DNA of 64,000 nucleotides from Strigamia acuminata (Eukaryota), in assembly GCA_949358305.1 (NCBI GenBank), contig OX442314.1:3658001-3722000 (forward strand), written 5' to 3'. Within the stretch, counting starts at the first letter, position 1; each line of letters starts with the position of its first letter. The position numbers and the translations under genes are program-made. Shown piece by piece: positions 37,980 to 51,100 of this stretch. Below the pieces are notes generated by a model. That model did not search any database. It saw nothing but the letters and a program-made list of their open reading frames with translations, and was not told the origin of the DNA.

Positions 37980-40657
37980 TGAATCGCGTACGAGTTTTTC
38001 CCTTTTTCAACGCGAAATCGTATTCGACTCGCTTTCTAGTCGAGTACGAATTTTGCCCTTCTTCAACGCGAAATCGTATTCGACTCGCTTTCTAGTCGAG
38101 TACGAATTTTGCCCTTCTTCAATGCGAAATCGTATTCGACTCGTTTTCGAGTCAAATGCGAATTTTGCCCTTCTTCAACGCGAAATCGTATTCGACTCGT
38201 TTTCGAGTCGAGTACGAATTTTGCCCTTTTTCAACGCGAAATCGTATTCGACTCGTTTTCGAGTCGAATGCGAATTTTGCCCTTCTTCAACGCGAAATCG
38301 TATTCGACTCGTTTTCGAGTCGAATGCGAATTTTGCCCTTCTTCAACGCGAAATCGTATTCGACTCGTTTTCGAGTCGAGTACGAATTTTGCCCTTCTTC
38401 AATGCGAAATCGTATTCGACTCGTTTTCGAGTCAAATGCGAATTTTGCCCTTCTTCAACGCGAAATCGTATTCGACTCGTTTTCGAGTCGAGTACGAGTT
38501 TTGCCCTTCTTCAACGCGAAATCGTATTCGACTCGTTTTCGAGTCAAATACGAGTTTTGCCCTTCTTCAACGCGAAATCGTATTCGACTCGTTTTCGAGT
38601 CGAATACGAGATAGTCGATGACCCGTTCCCGGACTTTGACTCGTACGACTCGTATTCGAGATGTATTCGAGATGTATTCGAATCGTATTCGAGTCGCATT
38701 CGAGATGGTCGATGATTTCCACTCGCTCGTATACGCGTTGTATACGAGCTCGTATTTTGATCGTAATCGTAAACGAATCGTTTACAAGTCGTATACAAGT
38801 TGTATACGACGTGTATACACCTCGTATACGAACGAAGTTTGGAAAATCCACCGGATACTTACTACGACATGAAAACACATAGTAGTCACATACGTCTTAT
38901 TTGGAAATTGTGTTTTCACAAACTTCGTTCGTATACGAGGTGTATACACGTCGTATACAACTCGTATACGACTTGTAAACGATTCGTTTACGATTACGAT
39001 CAAAATACGAGCTCGTATACAACGCGTATACGAGCGAGTGGAAATCATCGACCATCTCGAATACGACTCGAATTCGATTCGTATTCGATTCGAATACGAC
39101 TCGAAAACGAGTCGAATACGAATTTTGCCCTTCTTCAACGCGAAATCGTATTCGACTCGTTTTCGAATCGTATACGAGATGGTCGATTTTTGTTTCCCGG
39201 GCTTTGATTCGTATTCGAGTTGTTACGAATCGAATTCGAATCGTATTCGAATCGAATACGAATCGAATTCGAGTCGTATTCGAGATGGTCGATGATTTCC
39301 ACTCGCTCGTATACGCGTTGTATACGAGCTCGTATTTTGATCGTAATCGTAAACGAATCGTTTACAAGTCGTATACGAGTTGTATACGACGTGTATACAC
39401 CTCGTATACGAACGAAGTTTGTGAAAACACAATTTCCAAATAAGACGTATGTGACTACTATGTGTTTTCATGTCGTAGTAAGTATCCGGTGGATTTTCCA
39501 AACTTCGTTCGTATACGAGGTGTATACACGTCGTATACAACTTGTATACGACTTGTAAACGATTCGTTTACGATTACGATCAAAATACGAGCTCGTATAC
39601 AACGGGTATACGAGCGAGTGGAAATCATCGACCATCTCGAATGCGACTCGAATACGATTCGAATACATCTCGAATACATCTCGAATACGAGTCGTACGAG
39701 TCAAAGTCCGGGAACGGGTCATCGACTATCTCGTATTCGACTCGAAAACGAGTCGAATACGATTTCGCGTTGAAGAAGGGCAAAACTCGTATTTGACTCG
39801 AAAACGAGTCGAATACGATTTCGCGTTGAAGAAGGGCAAAACTCGTATTCGACTCGAAAACGAGTCGAATACGATTTCGCGTTGAAGAAGGGCAAAATTC
39901 GCATTCGACTCGAAAACGAGTCGAATACGATTTCGCGTTGAAGAAGGGCAAAACTCGCATTCGACTCGAAAACGAGTCGAATACGATTTCGCGTTGAAGA
40001 AGGGCAAAACTCGCATTCGACTCGAAAACGAGTCGAATACGATTTCGCGTTGAAGAAGGGCAAAACTCGCATTCGACTCGAAAACGAGTCGAATACGATT
40101 TCGCGTTGAAGAAGGGCAAAACTCGCATTCGACTCGAAAACGAGTCGGATACGATTTGGCGTTGAAGAAGGGCAAAATTCGCATTCGACTCGAAAACGAG
40201 TCGAATACGATTTCGCGTTGAAGAAGGGCAAAATTCGCATTCGACTCGAAAACGAGTCGAATACGATTTCGCGTTGAAGAAGGGCAAAACTCGTATTCGA
40301 CTCGAAAACGAGTCGGATACGATTTCGCGTTGAAGAAGGGCAAAATTCGCATTCGACTCGAAAACGAGTCGAATACGATTTCGCGTTGAAGAAGGACAAA
40401 ATTCGCATTCGACTCGAAAACGAGTCGAATACGATTTCGCGTTGAAGAAGGGCAAAATTCGCATTCGACTCGAAAACGAGTCGAATACGATTTCGCGTTG
40501 AAGAAGGACAAAATTCGCATTCGACTCGAAAACGAGTCGAATACGATTTCGCGTTGAAGAAGGACAAAATTCGCATTCGACTCGAAAACGAGTCGAATAC
40601 GATTTCGCGTTGAAGAAGGGCAAAATTCGTACTCGACTAGAAAGCGAGTCGAATACG
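37980..40657. repeat. Foldback array of 56-bp hairpin repeats with two oppositely oriented core spacers
   Basis: Unit CTTCTTCAACGCGAAATCGTATTCGACTCGTTTTCGAGTCGAATGCGAATTTTGCC, forward at ~37990-38600 and reverse at ~39730-40657. Spacers at ~38842 and ~39422. Confidence 0.92.
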
Positions 40658-40659
40658 AG

Positions 40660-41018
40660 ATCATTTTTTGATCTGGGTCGTGAATGCGTCCGTATGTCAC
40701 GCGAACGCGTGTTGGAGTCGATTCCGAGTTCGTATTCCATCTTGAACGCGCATTGGAGACGTAAACCAGTTTATTTTACCCACTCTCGCTCGATCCCGCT
40801 TCATCGCTCCTTGTCGCTCCTGTGAAAAAAAATACATGAGAATGTGCAGAAATGAACCTTCCAATACTCACATGAAAATTGACAACCTTGACACAAAACA
40901 GTCTATTGACACTCCCAACACCACCCCGGACATTTTCCGGAAGAGTTTGGTCCACCCGGAATCCCCAGAATAGTCGCCCCCGAAATGCGGATTTCGCGGA
41001 AGCCAATCCGCGAAAAGG
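40660..41018 (+). mobile_element. Internal, diverged right end of the piggyBac-like family (followed by ATAT)
   Basis: Colinear with 37300-37656 and 54930-55283, with scattered substitutions. Ends CCAATCCGCGAAAAGG. Confidence 0.85.
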
Positions 41019-44000
41019 ATATGTTTTTAGCGGCGCGCCGACGCGTCCGCCACGCCCGTCTGGAGAGCTTAACCTTATGGCGCGCATGCGGATTTCTCGG
41101 AGTGCGAAAGGGACCCTATTTTTAACATTACGGCGGCCTATACCTTGACCCCCTGTTCGCAGTCTCATGGCTGATTTTGCGGATTTCACTTATTTGTATA
41201 TTCCGCACGATCGCGCGCGTTTTATCAACCTTGGGAAAGCCGCTTTCTCAAATTTGCAAATTCCACATTGTGTGAACATGCTACAACGCTTCTGTGCGCG
41301 TCAATAAAAAAAAAACCGATTAGAAATGAAATTCAGGGTTTTGTTAAAATAAAAATTATACAATATAATCAGTCTATAATGCTTCTATAATGCTGTTGGT
41401 TTAATCAGCACATTGTAATCGTGTGAAAACACGCGCGCTCGCAATAATACATTACCCAATGTACTTGCACTGGCATGGACCCATCAGTGCGCACTTTCCC
41501 GTGCGTGCTGCTTGCACTATTTACATCAATTGTTGCTCCACAGGTTGCGCGACCTGCCGGGCAGTTAAGACGTACTAGAATAACCTCAGGATTTGATAAA
41601 ACCTGATTTTTGGATGACACTAAGTAAATGGCAGTGAATGTGAGATGTGAGATACACGATGAATTTAATAAAATTTATATTTCCTAATCATGGGATTGGT
41701 TTCACGTTTCATAATCCAACAATTAAGTAGAATATCATTATTGCAATTGATTAAAACAAATTTTTTTTACAAATTCTTTGGTTTTACATTTTAAATTTAT
41801 TTTCCAATAGTTGGCACCATCGCAATTGCTGCGAGTTTAAAACACTGCATTCAGCAGAATTTACTGCACTTTCAAATCAAGGCCAGGCATACCTACTGCA
41901 AAGTAATGTATAAACCATAAAGAAGCCTTTGATTCGGAATTGCCTGTAGGTAATTCTGCGCTGGTCTCCAATGGAAATGTCCGCGCCGGTCTTCCGTGCA
42001 CGGGAAGTCCACAGAAAGTCCGTGCATTCCGTGCGCTGGGAGTCCGTGCGTCGTACCGCGTGATCTTGCATTGTTTTTTGTGGGCTTTTCCTGATTAGGA
42101 TTACTTCCTTTTTAACTCTTGAAGAATTAAGTTTGTTTTTTTTGCTCCAAAACGTCCCAAAACGCCTGAAAATCGCGCAACTCGAGGCAAAACATTACAG
42201 TGTGTATTCAAATCAAAACTAGCTACAAATACATGCTGAAATTAGCTAAATTTTCAAATTTTTTGGCTTTCAAGAAGTAATGGAAACATTTGACATAACG
42301 TGGATCAGTTGCATTCAAAAACTAAAATATTTTGTGTTTTACTTCAATTTTAAACTAAAAATGATGTCATTTTCTGTTTAAACCCCTGTTAAAGCTTGAA
42401 ATACATTTTAACTAAAAGAAATAAGTTTGTTTTTTTCTTCGGCAGTGACGTGTACACACGAGCACGCCTGAGAACGCCAAAAAATGCTAAAAAACGCTCA
42501 AAAACGCCTGAAAATCGCGCAACTCGAGGCAAAACATTAATTTTTCATCTTTATTTCAACTTTTGTGACGTTTAAAATTGTGTTCTCATGTTTTTTGCCT
42601 CAAGTTGCATTGTCATCTGGCGTTTTGGAGTGTTTTTATGTGTTCGCAGGCGTTCGCAGGCGTTTTTTGGCGTTGTCACTCACTCAAGTGGCCAATTTTA
42701 GCATTTTCCGTAGTAAAAATGGCCGTTTTTCGTCAAAATGGCCATTTTTAGCCATTTTTCAGAGTAAAAATGTTTTTTTTTCACCGTTTTTATAGTAAAA
42801 TGGCCATTTTTAGTCGTTTTTTTAATCAAAAATGGCCGTTTTTATCGTTGAAACGTTATTAAAATGTAACGTTTCAATGGCGTTTTGATCTCGCCTCATT
42901 TCCGGTTTTGAAAATTAATAAACGCCCCGGCGTTTATTCGAGGCAACACCCAACTTGGGCTTTTATTCGCGTCGCACCGCATCATCATCTCACCTTGCCT
43001 CCCGTCTTGAAAATTTATAAACGCCCCGGCGTTTATTCAAGGCAAACCATTGTTTATGTAAGTTTTTCCTGATTAGGGTTACTTCCTTTAGAAGAAACAC
43101 GTTTATTTCTTCTCGCTTAATCTTGAGTCGTGATCTCGCCTCGTTTCTGGTCTTAAAAATTAATAAACACCCCGGCTTTTATTCAAGGCAATACGGTACG
43201 TTTATGAAACCCAACTTGGGCTTTCATTTTAAAAAAAGCGCGTGTTCTTACGTCGAACTAAGAGATACAGGTGAATTAGCAACGCCTAATTTGATTTAAT
43301 AAATAAAGCAAACAACATCTCGCCTCACTTCTGGCGTTTGTTCGAGGCAAGCCATTGTTTTTGCATTTTTTTTCCTGATTAGGGTTACTTCCTTTTTAAC
43401 TCTTGAAGAAATAAGTATGTTTTTTTTACTCGGCAGTGACGTGTACGCGCGAGTACGCCTGAGAACGCCAAAAAATACTCCAAAACGCCTGAAAATCGTG
43501 CAACTCGAGGCAAAACATTAATTGTTTATTTTTGTTTCAACTTTTGTAACGTTTACAATTGTGTTCTCATGTTTTTTGCCTCAAGTTGCATTGTCATTTT
43601 GCGTTTTGGGGCGTTTTTAGGCATTTTTAGGCATTTGCGGGCGTTCTTGGGCGTTTTTTGGCGTTGTCATTCAATCAAATAGCCATTTTTAGCCATTTTT
43701 ACCCATTTTTCATAGAAAAATGGTCATTTTTAGCCGTTTTTCATCCAAAATGGCCGTTTTTCATCCAAAAGGGCCGTTTTTCATCCAAAATGGAATAATT
43801 GTTGTGTCCGGATTTTATGTCATTTATTGTCTTAATTAAAGTTAACAAAGTGTCTTTAATTTTTGCTTTTCTTGAATTTCAGCTTTTTAGATATTTTTAC
43901 ATATTAAACTTTCATTTTTTGTGATTTATTAAAAGTTACAGTGTTTTCATGAATTTTAGTGTCTATGATATTGATATTATCTTTATTCATTGCTATTTAA

Positions 44001-47000
44001 AGTTTTATTACTTCTCTGTGTCTTATTTCTTTAATTCTTGCTCATTTTGTGTGATTTTGGATGATTTTTAGTGCATCCGTCGATTTACAGATCACTTGCG
44101 TAAGACGCGTGACGTCATATTTCTTAATCTAGTTCGGTTGTGTTCAAACTTCTAACCTTTTGTTTGGACCTTATTCTTGTGTTATGGATAGGTTTTAGAA
44201 TTGATTTAGACTAATTTGGGGGTGATCTGTCGATTGGTTTGCTTTATTTTTGTCCCGGAACGGTCGTTTTGTCGTTTCGAGCGTTTGTTGTCGGTACGCA
44301 CTTGTGCGCTGCTGACCGAGTTCATTCCGTTCGGCAAACGATTATTTTCAAGTGTTCTTTTAATAAATAGTGCTTTTGTTGTAGGAAATTACATTTCCTA
44401 ATGTTATTTTATTCAATACAGTGTGTATTCTTGATTTTATTCTTGTGTTGAAATTCAAATGTCGTGTTTTGCCGCTCTAGCGGATTTGAAGTGGGCGCCA
44501 TGTTGGATTTCCCCGCTAATTTCTTTATTTATCCATTTCATTTGTCTTTTTGAAAATGAATAAACGCCCCGGCGTTTATGCGAGGCAAGCCATAGTTTTT
44601 GTAGGTTCTTTCCTGATTAGGGTTACTTGTGACGTGCACGCGCGAGCTCGCCTGAGGACGCCAAAAAAAGCTCAAAAACGCCCCAAAACGCCTGAAAATC
44701 GCGCAACTCGAAGCAAAAAATTACAGTTTGAATTCAAATCAAAACTAACCACAAATACATGCTACAATTAGGTAAATTTTCAAATTTTTTATCAATAAAT
44801 GATGACTTTCAAGAAGTATGACAACATTTGACAAAATTTAGACCAGTTGCATTTAAAAACTAAAATATTTTGTGTTTTACTTCAATTTTAAACCAAAAAT
44901 GACGTCATTTTTTGTTTAAACCGGCGTTTATTTGAGGCAAACACGCCGCTGAGAACGCCAAAAAATGCTCAAAAACACTCCAAAAGACCTGAAAATCGCG
45001 CAACTTGAGGCAAAAAATTAATTTTTCATCTTTGTTTCAACTTTTGTGACGTTTAAAATTGTGTTTTCAAGTTTTATGCCTCAAGTTGCATTGTCATCTG
45101 GCGTTTTGGGGCGTTTTGGGGCGTTCGCAGGCGTTTGCACGCGTTTTTTGGCGTTGTCACTCACTCAAGTGGCCATTTTTAGCCAATTTTCGAAGTAAAA
45201 ATGGCCTTTTTTTATTAAAATGGCCATTTTCAGCCATTTGTCATAGTAAAAATGGCCATTTTCAGCCATTTTTTATAGTAAAAATGGCCATTTTTCATCC
45301 AAAATGGCCGTTTTTCATCCAAAATGACCATTTTTATCATTGACACGCTATAAAAATGTAACGTTTCAATGGCGTTTTGACGGAACCGGTAAGTTTTGAA
45401 ATTTCCCGTGTCCCGTTATTGTGACTCCTCGTCCGGTTTCTCAGAACCGAAACCCTAATACAGGTGAATTAGTGACGCCTAATTTGTTTTAACAAATAAA
45501 GCAAACAACATCTCGCCTCACTTCCAGTCTTGAAAATTAGTAAACGCCCCGGCGTTTATTCGAGGCAAGCCGTTGTTTTTACAGTAATTTCCTGGTTAGG
45601 GTTATTTTTTTTTTAACTCTTGAAGAAATAAGTTTGTTTTTTTCTCGCCTGCACGCGCGAGCTCGCATGAGAATGCTAAAAAATAAGCAAAAACGTTCTA
45701 AAACGCCCCAAAACGCTTCAAAATGCTCCAAAAAGCCTGAAAATCGTGCCACTCAAAGCAAAAAATTATGTTCGCATGTTTTTTGCCTCAAGTTGCACGG
45801 TTATCTGGCGTTTTGGTGCGTTCTTGGGGCGTTTTGGTGCGTTCTTGGGGCGTTTTCGGGCGTTTTTTTGGCGTTGTCACTCACTCCCACACTTTGCTGT
45901 CTTGTTTATTACAATTTGGTTTAGCTGTTGTATTTATTTTTATTTGTTTTATGGTTATTTAATGTGTTTTTGTAGCATTCAAAATGTTTTGTTGCCTAAT
46001 TTCTCGTTTTGGCGCCAACTGTTTGTTTGACAACGCCGTGTCAGAATTTAGGGATGATTCTGCTTTGGTTTCTAATTAAAAAAAAAATGTTGTTTTAATT
46101 TCAATTGTAACTGCTTATTATAACGTTATTATTAGTATTTTGTAAAGGTTCATTCTTTTTCCATGTTAATAAAAAATGAAGTAACTTTCGGTGAAAAAAA
46201 AAACAGTTAAATGCGGATCAAAATTAAACACACACGAGAAGTTTAATAAACGTCCCGGCGTTTATTCGAGGCAATACGGTACATTTGTGAAACCCAACTT
46301 GGAACCCGAAAATAACGTGGGGCCGTCTGAACACCTGGATTTGAATTTTCGTCTACGCGCGCGCCGACGCATGGGGAATGCGGGGTGGGGTTCCTTCCCA
46401 GTGTTCCGAACGAGTCAATTTCACCCCGAAAATATCCCGAAATTGCTGATACATGCATTTCGAGCCAGAAATATTGATCTTCATGTAAATTTTGATTGTT
46501 TAGCTTTTTTTTGAAATTTTACAAATTTTTCTCATCTCCTGCCTTCCTCGCTCATTTAACACCAAAATGGCCTGCATTGAGGATTTTTCCCATAATCCTT
46601 TTCACACGTATGGAGCGCAAACAGTCGCAATAAATGAAATCAGCGGAATTCGGCCTTGAGTTTGCGACGCCATCTTGAATACGAGTAACAGCACAGTATG
46701 GTGTCAATTATTCGAACTGATCGTAAGGCATGGGACAAAAATTGATTAAAAACGAACAAACATGATTAAAAATCAACAAAAATCGACTGAAATCGGACAA
46801 TAATCAATTCAGAATGACAAATAACGATTAAAATTGGCAAAAATTGTCACAAATAGAGAAAAACCGATTAAAAATCAGCAAGAAACCAATAGAAATTGAT
46901 AAAATCAAATAAAAATTAACAAATATCCATTTTGTTTGCTTTTAAACAAATTAAGAACTTTGAAAACACACGACAATTTTAAACAGTAAACACCGGGGTC

Positions 47001-47566
47001 AAATAAGCGCCGCTACTCGTTTAAACACCGGGGAGGTGTTAGTGAAGTGCCTCGAGTGGAGAAATTAATAAACGCTCGAGGCACCACGGTAGGCTTATTA
47101 AACACAAAATATGAAACGCTCGATCTTCAACAGGCGCACACGCCCGAGAACACCTCGGCATGCCTCAGCACTCTCCAAGAAACGAGAAAAACCAAGGCAA
47201 AAAAAAAAAAAATACACCAAAATTAGGACTAAAATCAAACACACATGGGGCCCGGAAGATTGATAACATCCCGGCATATATTCAAGGCAGTACGCCATGT
47301 TTTTTCCACCATTTTGTAAGTTTATTTCAATATTCATAAAGTTTATTGCTTTTTGTATCATTAGTAGTATTCCCTTGTGTGATGTGGTTTTATAAATATC
47401 ACACACAACTGCTTCTGCTGTTTTCTTCACGTTTATGCTTCGTGTATGCACGTGAAGCCCTCGCACATCTTTTGAGCACCTGTACACATTTGGACACGCT
47501 CAAGGTGCTACATCGCGCGCTCAAACGCACTAGATCGCGCGCGCAAACGCGCTACATCACGCATAT

Positions 47567-47958
47567 TAGGGATAAGAACAGACCGGGATAGGGACTGGAC
47601 TGGTAATGTTTGCCCTATGCGGATACGGGACGGGACGGGATTACAGTTGCTAAATTCGTACTGCGAGGCGGAGACAATTTTCTAATTCCAGTTGTTATTT
47701 ATCACTATTAAGCCTAATATTGAGCCTGATAATGCTAAAATAAAGTAAATAAACAACAACAACAAACTCATTATTAAAAGTAAATTACACTGTATGACCA
47801 AAATATTGTTGTTTCTTTACTTTATTTTAGCATTATTAGGCCTAATATTAGGCTTAATACTGATTTATTTCAATTATGCAATCATACGCGCGTATTACGC
47901 TAACGTAATGGACCCGGGACGGGTCGGGACCCGAAAATTGGTCCCGTTCTCATCCCTA
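47567..47958. mobile_element. hAT-like MITE, duplicate of 29527-29918
   Basis: Same TIRs and ACGCATAT TSD. Confidence 0.85.
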
Positions 47959-48174
47959 ACGCATATATATATCGCAGACATATCGCGCCCACGACAAAGC
48001 ACAAACCCATGGCAGTCACCAAAGAATATTTACGCCGCTTCCACGCACGTTTTATTTTCTCACAGGCCTCTACACATTTAACTTGCGCGCGCACTTGCTA
48101 CGTGCTCGTGTGGTCACAATAAATACCTAATTTTCATTAAAATAACGAATGAACGAAATCACTTCAACCACACT

Positions 48175-51100
48175 TGCTACGGTCGACGCATCGACGGCGA
48201 TTCGCATGCGTTACCCCAAATACCGATAAAAAATCGCAGAAAACACTAATCCCGACCCAAAAACCGCCAAAATTACCCTCAACACACGCCAACAACCTTC
48301 CACCACTTAAATTACACCGGAAAAAAACAATTTCAAACCGAAAAATCAACAAAAAAGGCCAAAAAAATATTGCAAACAAAGAGAAAAGATCAATTATCGA
48401 GGCAAATCCCCACCACAAAACAACGCATCGCCGGTATACACTTAAGCGTACAGTGCACAACACTACTGTTTATTTTCAATGATCCAATAAATAAAATTTG
48501 AAACAAAGTTGAGTGGAATTGTACGTTTCTTGTATATTAAAGTTTTTATTTTGTTTGTTTACACTTAATTTTTTTTTTCCATCATAGAATGGCGACTCGA
48601 TACTTTTGTAGCTCGAATTCACTTCGTAAACGTGGTCGGTGTTCATCACGCGTCAATGCGCTCGTGCAATAGTATAGGCGCGCATACGATTTGATGCGCG
48701 CAAAACTTGCAAAACTTGCACGGAATTTGGGCAATTTTTGACAAATTTCAGCAGATTTTTGCCTGTATTTGACAAATTTCAGAAGATTTTTGCCTATATT
48801 TGACAAATTTCAGAAGATTTCCTCAATCCTCAAACATTTGCTGAAATTTCTCATAAAATTTCTAAAATTAATTGAAATTTGTCTGAAATTTGTCTGGAAT
48901 TTGTCAAATATTGTCAAAAATCCGTGGAAATTTGTCAAATACTGGCAAAAATCCATGTAAATTTGTCAAAAATTGCCATAATTCGGTGCAAATTGTGTTA
49001 GATATTGGAAAAATTTATTTTAACGCTTCCAACGCGCCAGTAAATCGCGCGTGCACACGCATGGATTTTTCGTCATAGTTGGATGCGCGCAAACCTCACG
49101 TAACTTGCGCCAAAATTTGGCAATTTTTGACAAATTTCAGCAGATTTTTGCCAGTATTTGACAAATTTCCACTGATTTTTGACAATATTTGACCCAACAA
49201 CTGCGCCACGTTCCAGGCGCCGGTTTAGGCATTTTAGACCCGTTTTAGACCGTTTTAGATGGCGAAAACGTTCTCTCCATCATTTTCTACCCCTGGGTGA
49301 GGTTTTCAGCGTTCATGATTGATGAAAAAGCTGTTTTCTAACTAGCTGTCCCATTGCTAGTTTTGGCGTCAGGTTTTAGCAACCTTCCGATCCGACTCTG
49401 TCGTCTGCACGACCTCCAAGACTGTTTTAGGGTTAATTTGAGTCAAATAATTCATTCTGGGGGTTGTTTTGGGTTTTTTACAAGTGTGTTTTTGTAGTTT
49501 TTATTGGTTTCAAACATTGTCAATTCTTTATACAAGTGTAACTTTCATTTCTCTGTATTTTGAGAACTTTGCATTGCAGCAAAGTTCATTTCTTGCCCCT
49601 TAATTATTGTGTAATTGTTGGTTTTCAAGCCCGTTTTTTAACAATAACTTTATTTGAAGTGCCTATTGTTTCAGGCACGTGCTTCCACGTGCCTTTTATT
49701 GTTGAGCAATTTCTTGGGCAGTTGCGCTCCTGTTGCTAGCATTGCCGCGCGTTCTCCGCGCGCGTACTCGCGCGTTTCGCATCACACACATTCGGGTTCA
49801 ATGGCCTATCGCGGCGGCACATTGTGTGGCATAGCGCGGCACGTTGCAATTACGTGACGTGGCACGTTGCTGTTACGTGACGCGATAGCCAGTATTTAAG
49901 CAGGGGATTCCATCATCGTTTACACAAATGCGCATTGCAACGTGGAGGCGCATTCGAGTCCTTTTCCCAAGCGTTGAAAAAGGACAAAACTCGTATTCGA
50001 TTCGAAAGCGAATCGAATACGATTTTTGTCCTTTTTCAACGCAAAATTGTATTCGATTCGCTTTCGAATCGAATACGAATTTTGCCCTTCTTCAACGCGA
50101 AATCGTATTCGACTCGTTTTCGAGTCGAATGCGAATTTTGCCCTTCTTCAACGCGAAATCGTATTCGACTCGTTTTCGAGTCGAGTACGAATTTTGCCCT
50201 TCTTCAACGCGAAATCGTATTCGACTCGTTTTCGAGTCGAATGCGAATTTTGCCCTTCTTCAATGCGAAATCGTATTCGACTCGTTTTCGAGTCGAATGC
50301 GAATTTTGCCCTTCTTCAACGCGAAATCGTATTCGACTCGTTTTCGAGTCGAATGCGAATTTTGCCCTTCTTCAACGCGAAATCGTATTCGACTCGTTTT
50401 CGAGTCGAATGCGAATTTTGCCCTTCTTCAACGCGAAATCGTATTCGACTCGTTTTCGAGTCGAATGCGAATTTTGCCCTTCTTCAACGCGAAATCGTAT
50501 TCGACTCGTTTTCGAGTCGAATGCGAATTTTGCCCTTTCTCAACGCAAAATCGTATTCGACTCGTTTTCGAGTCGAATGCGAATTTTGCCCTTCTTCAAC
50601 GCGAAATCGTATTCGACTCGTTTTCGAGTCGAATGCGAATTTTGCCCTTTCTCAACGCAAAATCGTATTCGACTCGTTTTCGAGTCGAATGCGAATTTTG
50701 CCCTTCTTCAACGCGAAATCGTATTCGACTCGTTTTCGAGTCGAGTACGAATTTTGCCCTTCTTCAACGCAAAATCGTATTCGACTCGTTTTCGAGTCGA
50801 GTACGAATTTTGCCCTTTCTTTCTCAACGCGAAATCGTATTCGACTCGTTTTCGAGTCGAATACGAGATAGTCGATGACCCGTTCCCGGACTTTGACTCG
50901 TACGACTCGTATTCGAGATGTATTCGAGATGTATTCGAATCGTATTCGAGTCGCATTCGAGATGGTCGATGATTTCCACTCGCTCGTATACGCGTTGTAT
51001 ACGAGCTCGTATTTTGATCGTAATCGTAAACGAATCGTTTACAAGTCGTATACAAGTTGTATACGACGTGTATACACCTCGTATACGAACAAAGTTTGGA

